Source: a virus (taxonomy: Duplodnaviria; Heunggongvirae; Uroviricota; Caudoviricetes). From it: a stretch of DNA of 4,099 nt. A model generated the notes under the pieces. It was not told the DNA's origin. It worked only from the letters and a program-made list of their open reading frames with translations, and searched no databases. Within the stretch, counting starts at the first letter, position 1; each line of letters opens with the position of its first letter. Both the position numbers and the translations under genes were made by a program. This document shows, in pieces, positions 1 to 4,099 of the stretch. The stretch lies in the IMG/VR virus record IMGVR_UViG_2531839622_000025; one strand, 5' to 3'.

Positions 1-43
1 TCCTGCGCCGTTCTCCCGACCCGGCGACAACAAAAAGCAGTAA
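1..43 (+). CDS. 3' end of upstream phage tail gene (gpU-like position), partial
   Basis: Open frame from window edge to TAA at 41-43 (..PAPFSRPGDNKKQ*) with mostly common codons; position upstream of D matches P2 gene order. Alternative: frame 3 runs to TGA at 90-92, overlapping the D start as ATGA, but ends in several rare Arg codons. Too short to verify. Confidence 0.3.
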   Translation, partial: PAPFSRPGDNKKQ

Positions 44-88
44 CCCCCTCCGCACGCACATGCGACCATGCCGCACAGGGAGGGAAAG

Positions 89-1198
89 ATGACCGACACC
101 ACCATGCAATTGCTCAGTCAGAGCACAGACCCCGTGAAAATGCCGGATTTTGATATTCTCGCGGAGGGTAAAACGCTGTCAGGCGTGGCAGAGCGCCTGA
201 TGAGCCTGTCACTGACCGACAACCGGGGATTTGAAGCAGACCAGCTCACCATCACGCTGGATGATGCGGATGGTCAGTTGCAGCTACCGCCACGGGGTGC
301 GCGCCTGACGGTTCTCATTGGCTGGAAAGGAGAACCGCTGACAGAAAAAGGCACTTACATTGTTGATGAAATCGCACACGAAGGACCGCCGGACAGGCTG
401 ACGGTTTCAGCCAGAAGCGCAGATTTTCGGGATGAATTTAACGTTAAACGAGAGGTGTCCTGGCATGATGTGACCGTTGAGCGTGTGGTATCCGCCATCG
501 CTCATCGGTACGGTCTGAAACCGCAAATCAGCGAAATGCTGATGGATATCGAAATCGACCACGCCGACCAGACCGAAGAAAGCGACATGTCCTTCCTTAC
601 GCGCATGGCGGAAATGCTGGGCGCAATCACCACGGTAAAAAGCGGTAATCTGTTATTCATCATGCCAGGCGGTGGCGTGAACGCACAGGGCCAGCCGTTG
701 CCCTCGTTCGCCATCACGCGCAGCAGTGGCGATCGCCATCAGTTCCGCATTGCTGACCGCGAAGCGTATACGGGGGTACGCGCTTACTGGCTTGATCTTA
801 ATTACGGGAAAAAGAAAAAAGTCAGCGTGAAACGCCGCAAACCGCCAAAACCCAAAAAGGAGAAAAGCAGCAGCCGTGAAGGTGATTATATGGAAGGCGC
901 AGAAGGCAATGTGTTTGTGTTACGCAAGACTTATCAGAACGAGCAGGCAGCAAGACGCGCAGCGGCGGCAAAGTGGCAGCAGCTACAACGCGGAGCCGCA
1001 GCGTTCTCCATCACACTGGCACGTGGACGCGCAGAACTCTACCCCGAAATGCATGGCACGGTAACAGGATTTAAAAGCGAAATTGATAATCAGGACTGGA
1101 TTATTGCAAAAGCCGAGCACACCATTGATAACAGTGGCTTTACCACGCAGCTTGAGCTTGAAGCCAAAATCCCGGAATGGATAGCAGAAACAGAGTGA
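89..1198 (+). CDS. D: Phage tail protein D / late control gene D protein (Phage_GPD family; baseplate hub, related to the VgrG N-terminal region)
   Basis: ORF 68..1198; translation contains the block SLSLTDNRGFEADQLTITLDDADGQLQLPPRGARL that I recognise from P2 gpD-family proteins. Start placed at ATG 89 because of the SD-like agggaggg at 77-84; ATG 68 has no SD. Stop TGA 1196-1198. Confidence 0.88.
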   Translation: MTDTTMQLLSQSTDPVKMPDFDILAEGKTLSGVAERLMSLSLTDNRGFEADQLTITLDDADGQLQLPPRGARLTVLIGWKGEPLTEKGTYIVDEIAHEGPPDRLTVSARSADFRDEFNVKREVSWHDVTVERVVSAIAHRYGLKPQISEMLMDIEIDHADQTEESDMSFLTRMAEMLGAITTVKSGNLLFIMPGGGVNAQGQPLPSFAITRSSGDRHQFRIADREAYTGVRAYWLDLNYGKKKKVSVKRRKPPKPKKEKSSSREGDYMEGAEGNVFVLRKTYQNEQAARRAAAAKWQQLQRGAAAFSITLARGRAELYPEMHGTVTGFKSEIDNQDWIIAKAEHTIDNSGFTTQLELEAKIPEWIAETE

Positions 1199-1360
1199 GC
1201 AACTTAAATGTATTAACTCAGAACGGATCAACACACTCACAACATAGAGTCAATATAGCTGCTCGCTTTGTTCCAGCAAGGATGCCTATTTCTAAGGAAA
1301 AACAGAGCAGAAACATATGGTGTTTTCCTACCTGACATCAGGGGTGGTAAGAATCATGCT

Positions 1361-1388
1361 TTGATAACCAATTGATAACTATTATTAT
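1361..1388 (+). promoter_or_regulatory. Putative sigma70 promoter of the cargo gene (-35 TTGATA 1361-1366, 16-bp spacer, -10 TATTAT 1383-1388)
   Basis: Hexamers read directly from the sequence in an AT-rich 225-bp intergenic region; RBS GAGG at 1414-1417 precedes ATG 1424. Contains a TTGATAAC direct repeat (1361-1368, 1372-1379). Confidence 0.35.
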
Positions 1389-1423
1389 ATTAATCTAACA
1401 CCATTGACATAGTTGAGGTTTGA

Positions 1424-2926
1424 ATGAACAAAAAGCTGTATTTATTCCCAGACTCAAACATTTTTCTACAATGCAAGGACTTGACGCAGGTAAATTTTTC
1501 CGAGATTACTGCTTGTGATGAAGTATGTATCATTATTACAAGGCCCATTCAGCAAGAGATTGACCGCCAGAAAGGGCAAGGTAATTCCCGCCTATCCAAA
1601 AAAGCAAGGAAGGCTGCTAGCCTATTTAATCAAGTAGTTGATTCAACTGACATGACTCTTGTTATTCGTGAACGCTCGCCGCGAGTTTTTCTTACCATGG
1701 ATCTAAGCCTGAAACCATGTGAACAGTTATCTGAACAATTGGATTATCAGGAGGCCGACGATCGTTTTGTTGGTATTGCGGCAGGGTATTGCGCTGACGA
1801 TCCAGATTCGGAGGTGGCAATCATTACCAATGATAGCGGTCCACGTTTTTCAGCAATAAAACATAATATAATCTGCTATAAAGTGCCTTCTTCATGGTTG
1901 CTTCCTGCTGAGCCAGATGAAAAGGATAAACAAATTAAATTGCTGGAAGCTAAGCTGAAGCAATTCACTCAGTCTATGCCCGATTTCAGCATTAAAGTAG
2001 CCGATGACGAGCAATTAAATATTGTACTTCCTTATTATACAGCTTTATCTGAATATGAAGTTGATAATTTGCTTTGTCAACTAACGGATGCATTCCCATT
2101 GGTTACAAACTTTGACAATGAACAAACTACCCCACAATCACTAGAAAAAATCATCAAGTCATTTAGTCAACAGGAGTATTTCCCTGTATCAGCAGATGAT
2201 ATTTCTCTTTATAAAGAAAAACATTATCCACTTTGGAAAAAGCAGTGTGAAGAAATACTGAAAAACTGTCATACTCATATTAATCCGAAGGCAATAAAAT
2301 ACCCGCTGTCGTTTTTATTACAAAACACAGGTTATACTATCGCTGAACGTGCTGTGGTAACATTTACAGCAAAAGGAGATTTTCGTCTGTGTGGATTTAA
2401 TTGGGAGATAATGGAAGAGCTGACTGAAAGCAAAAGGATTGACCTACCTTCAGCCCCTACCGCCCCCAAAGGAAAATGGCGTAGTGTATGTGGCGTAACA
2501 GAAAGAATGCCTTACGCTTGGGGAGCTTTGGAAACACCGCTATCCAGTATAATTTCAAAAGAAATTGGTCCTTTGTTATCTCTTACTCCAACAGAAAGGG
2601 ATAAAAACGATTTTTATTATAAAGAAAAGAGAAATGAGCCAGTTCAAGTTGTATCGCTGGAATGCGAAGAGTGGCGTCATCAAGTCAAAGAAGAAATATT
2701 CCCGTTGTTCGTATATACAGCCAACAAACCAAAGAAAGTGAATGGTGCAATTGAGGTGAGAGTTGATGCAAATAACCTTACCAATCCGGTCATTAAAACA
2801 TTTAAATTAAAAATAACTATAGAAGAACATAGTGCATTTTCAACCATAACAGAAATGGTGCAGACATACATTCAAGAGCAGAAGAAAAGACAGAAAAGTT
2901 CTATTAGCGCACAAATCAAAACATGA
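1424..2926 (+). CDS. PIN-like nuclease domain fusion protein (N-terminal PIN fold, ~350-aa C-terminal domain of unknown function); candidate anti-phage / abortive-infection cargo gene
   Basis: 500-codon ORF with good RBS. N-terminus LYLFPDSNIF (D10), QQEIDRQ (E45), EADDRFVGIA (D112/D113) and AIITNDSG (D137) fit the four-acidic-residue PIN signature including the C-terminal T-x-D motif. Visibly AT-rich compared with flanking D and ogr. Lies between D and ogr, which are adjacent in P2 as I recall it. Confidence 0.8.
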   Translation: MNKKLYLFPDSNIFLQCKDLTQVNFSEITACDEVCIIITRPIQQEIDRQKGQGNSRLSKKARKAASLFNQVVDSTDMTLVIRERSPRVFLTMDLSLKPCEQLSEQLDYQEADDRFVGIAAGYCADDPDSEVAIITNDSGPRFSAIKHNIICYKVPSSWLLPAEPDEKDKQIKLLEAKLKQFTQSMPDFSIKVADDEQLNIVLPYYTALSEYEVDNLLCQLTDAFPLVTNFDNEQTTPQSLEKIIKSFSQQEYFPVSADDISLYKEKHYPLWKKQCEEILKNCHTHINPKAIKYPLSFLLQNTGYTIAERAVVTFTAKGDFRLCGFNWEIMEELTESKRIDLPSAPTAPKGKWRSVCGVTERMPYAWGALETPLSSIISKEIGPLLSLTPTERDKNDFYYKEKRNEPVQVVSLECEEWRHQVKEEIFPLFVYTANKPKKVNGAIEVRVDANNLTNPVIKTFKLKITIEEHSAFSTITEMVQTYIQEQKKRQKSSISAQIKT

Positions 2927-3034
2927 GGGTGTACTCAAATAATACAATGCTATAGTAAATCTATAAGTGCATAACTATTTCCTGATCTTTTCCCAAAATA
3001 GATGACAGGATAAAAAACATTCCAATCTTTTACA

Positions 3035-3069
3035 GGCTTTGGATAAATCGTATCAAAGCCTATTTCTTC
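3035..3069 (+). terminator. Weak terminator-like hairpin downstream of the cargo gene
   Basis: ggctttg (3035-3041) / caaagcc (3054-3060), 7-bp stem with a 12-nt loop, followed by tatttcttc. The T-tract is imperfect and the stem is short. Confidence 0.2.
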
Positions 3070-3110
3070 AAGAGTTAAATCACCGCTTTTCGCTCGAAAC
3101 GGACTGGCTG

Positions 3111-3139
3111 TTGGAGTATGAGCCAGAACAACTTAGAAT
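3111..3139 (+). promoter_or_regulatory. Putative ogr promoter (-35 TTGGAG 3111-3116, 17-bp spacer, -10 TAGAAT 3134-3139)
   Basis: Hexamers read from sequence; RBS aagggagg at 3157-3164 precedes ATG 3170. P2 ogr is known to have its own promoter. Confidence 0.25.
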
Positions 3140-3169
3140 AGCCCCTGCACTACGTTAAGGGAGGTCGCT

Positions 3170-3430
3170 ATGTTCCGTTGTCCGCTTTGTGGCGCATCAG
3201 CCCGCATCCGTACCAGTCGTCCGGAAAATGATTCAAACACCGTGCGGCAAAAGTATTACCAGTGTAACAATCTAGAATGCGGCGTATGCTTCTCAACACT
3301 GGAAGCTTTTCATAAATTCACATCGAAACACGCCTCCGGCGTTCACTCTTCAGAAGGTATCCCGTGGCATGAGCTGCCAGCTTCACACAGGGGAAACAAT
3401 CAGATGAGTTTGCCTTTGCCTCAAAATTAA
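3170..3430 (+). CDS. ogr: Ogr/Delta-family zinc-finger late transcription activator
   Basis: 86-aa ORF starting MFRCPLCGASARIRTSR...YYQCNNLECG; Cys-X2-Cys...Cys-X4-Cys arrangement and N-terminal MF.CPLC...ARTSR match P2 Ogr / E. coli OgrK as I recall them. Strong RBS. Located downstream of D as in P2. Confidence 0.88.
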   Translation: MFRCPLCGASARIRTSRPENDSNTVRQKYYQCNNLECGVCFSTLEAFHKFTSKHASGVHSSEGIPWHELPASHRGNNQMSLPLPQN

Positions 3431-3439
3431 CAGGCAGAA

Positions 3440-3468
3440 TTGCCGGAGTAACAAAAAAGCGATAGATT
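3440..3468 (+). promoter_or_regulatory. Putative promoter of the hok-like transcript (-35 TTGCCG 3440-3445, 17-bp spacer, -10 TAGATT 3463-3468)
   Basis: Hexamers read from sequence; predicted start near 3475 coincides with the 5' element (3475-3483) that is complementary to 3819-3827. Confidence 0.25.
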
Positions 3469-3490
3469 ACGCGCGGGTGCCTTTCGGCTG

Positions 3491-3703
3491 ATGGTCGGAG
3501 GGAATACCCGAAGGCCAGATGTGGAAAGGCCCCGGAAAACATCTCTGTTTAACCGAGGCCCTAACCGCATTACCTTGACAAGTGAAAGGTTAGCGCCTCT
3601 CCGGAAAAGGAGCAAGTGCTATGTCGCAAAAATCGCTTACGGCCATCACGTTCTGTGTGACGGCAATCCTCATCATCTGGATGTTGCACGGTTCGCTGTG
3701 TGA
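3491..3703 (+). CDS. mok: mok-like overlapping reading frame (translational coupling partner of hok)
   Basis: 70-codon ORF in a different frame that begins upstream of and overlaps most of the hok-like ORF, as in plasmid R1 hok/mok/sok. An alternative GTG start at 3521 is preceded by AAGG. The product is probably not functional as a protein. Confidence 0.35.
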   Translation: MVGGNTRRPDVERPRKTSLFNRGPNRITLTSERLAPLRKRSKCYVAKIAYGHHVLCDGNPHHLDVARFAV

Positions 3704-3761
3704 AATACGGATGAGCTTCTGGGGAGCGGAGTTTGCGGCGTTCTTACAGTGTAAGCAGTAA
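3621..3761 (+). CDS. hok: Hok/Gef-family type I toxin (small membrane peptide)
   Basis: 46-aa ORF MSQKSLTAITFCVTAILIIWMLHGSLCEIRMSFWGAEFAAFLQCKQ: N-terminal hydrophobic helix, SLCEIR and EFAAFLQCK blocks resembling the Hok family (closest in my memory to HokA, ..SLCELHIKQESYELAAFLACK..). RBS aaggag at 3607-3612. Below the length cutoff of the supplied ORF track. Confidence 0.72.
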   Translation: MSQKSLTAITFCVTAILIIWMLHGSLCEIRMSFWGAEFAAFLQCKQ

Positions 3762-3850
3762 GGAAACCGCGACGGGGGAGCTATCCCCCGTCAATCGGTT
3801 GCCAGGGTAAGGCCGGATAAGGCACCCTATCTCACAGATATGAACAACAA

Positions 3851-3885
3851 ACCCGCAGCGTAAAAACTGCGGGTTTTCTTTTTGG
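3851..3885 (+). terminator. Rho-independent terminator (probable 3' end of the hok-like transcript)
   Basis: acccgcag (3851-3858) / ctgcgggt (3867-3874), 8-bp stem with an 8-nt loop, followed by tttctttttgg. Confidence 0.6.
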
Positions 3886-4029
3886 TGCCCTCACCGCCTT
3901 GAAACAGTGATAAGACTATAAGACAAAGCCCGCAATGTAGCGGGCTTACTCCCCTCACCCTCCACTGAATGTGGACACACAGTGGAACGAAGCGGCATAA
4001 GATATTATAAATCAATCAGTTATTGAAAG

Positions 4030-4055
4030 AAAAAAGGCCGCAGAGCGGCCTTTTT
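4030..4055. terminator. Bidirectional rho-independent terminator
   Basis: aaaaaa-ggccgc-aga-gcggcc-ttttt: perfect 6-bp GC stem flanked by an A-run and a T-run, so it can function on either strand. Confidence 0.6.
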
Positions 4056-4099
4056 AGTTAGATCAGATTACTCGTCTTTGGGCGAAGCGTTTTCGACCC

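Larger units (their letters stand above)
1..3430 (+). mobile_element. P2-like prophage, right end of late region (tail gene D through ogr, with a cargo gene between them); true prophage boundary not identified
   Basis: Gene order D -> ogr matches the P2-family layout; gpD-like and Ogr-like proteins recognised from the ORF translations. Left edge is the window edge; right edge set at the ogr stop because no att core could be identified. Confidence 0.75.

Noticed and set aside
68-88. ATG at 68 as the start of gpD (as given in the ORF track)
   Set aside because: No Shine-Dalgarno upstream of 68, whereas ATG 89 is preceded by agggaggg at the right spacing. The reading frame and stop are unaffected.
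502-1240. ORFs 502..717 (-), 876..1064 (+) and 983..1240 (-) inside or overlapping gpD
   Set aside because: They lie entirely within, or antisense to, the well-supported gpD frame and have no RBS or recognisable protein features; most likely shadow ORFs.
2680-2871. ORF 2680..2871 (-) inside the cargo gene
   Set aside because: Antisense shadow ORF within a 500-codon sense ORF, AT-rich and with no RBS.
3318-3615. Minus-strand ORFs 3318..3542 and 3427..3615
   Set aside because: Antisense to ogr and to the hok leader and with no RBS, so not called as proteins. This region may still encode a Sok-like antisense RNA, which I could not delimit.
3827-4015. ORF 3827..4015 (-)
   Set aside because: It spans two hairpin/terminator structures, has no RBS, and its product is low-complexity.
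3860-4030. tRNA or tmRNA gene as prophage integration target
   Set aside because: No cloverleaf-compatible sequence and no T-loop (GTTCGAATC-like) motif found by eye. A formal tRNA scan would be needed to be certain.
1-4099. CRISPR array, IS element or transposase
   Set aside because: No spaced direct repeats of CRISPR type, no terminal inverted repeats and no transposase-like ORF observed.

Overview
This window reads as the right end of the late region of a P2-like prophage (+ strand throughout): the last codons of an upstream tail gene, a complete gene D (tail / late control protein D, Phage_GPD family), then an AT-rich ~1.5 kb cargo gene with its own sigma70-like promoter and RBS, then the Ogr/Delta-type zinc-finger late-gene activator. 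The cargo gene sits between D and ogr and encodes a 500-aa protein with an N-terminal PIN-like nuclease domain (acidic residues D10, E45, D112/D113, and D137 in a T-N-D motif) fused to a ~350-aa C-terminal region with no motif I recognise. I regard this as the most interesting element: a candidate single-gene anti-phage or abortive-infection moron. Immediately downstream of ogr is a Hok/Mok/Sok-like type I toxin-antitoxin locus: a 46-aa Hok-like peptide, an overlapping 70-codon mok-like frame, a 9-nt 5'/3' complementarity and an intrinsic terminator. The window ends with hairpins, a bidirectional terminator and possibly the 3' end of a convergent gene. No rRNA, tRNA, CRISPR array or IS element was seen. 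All calls are from reading the sequence and recalled family knowledge; no database search was run.
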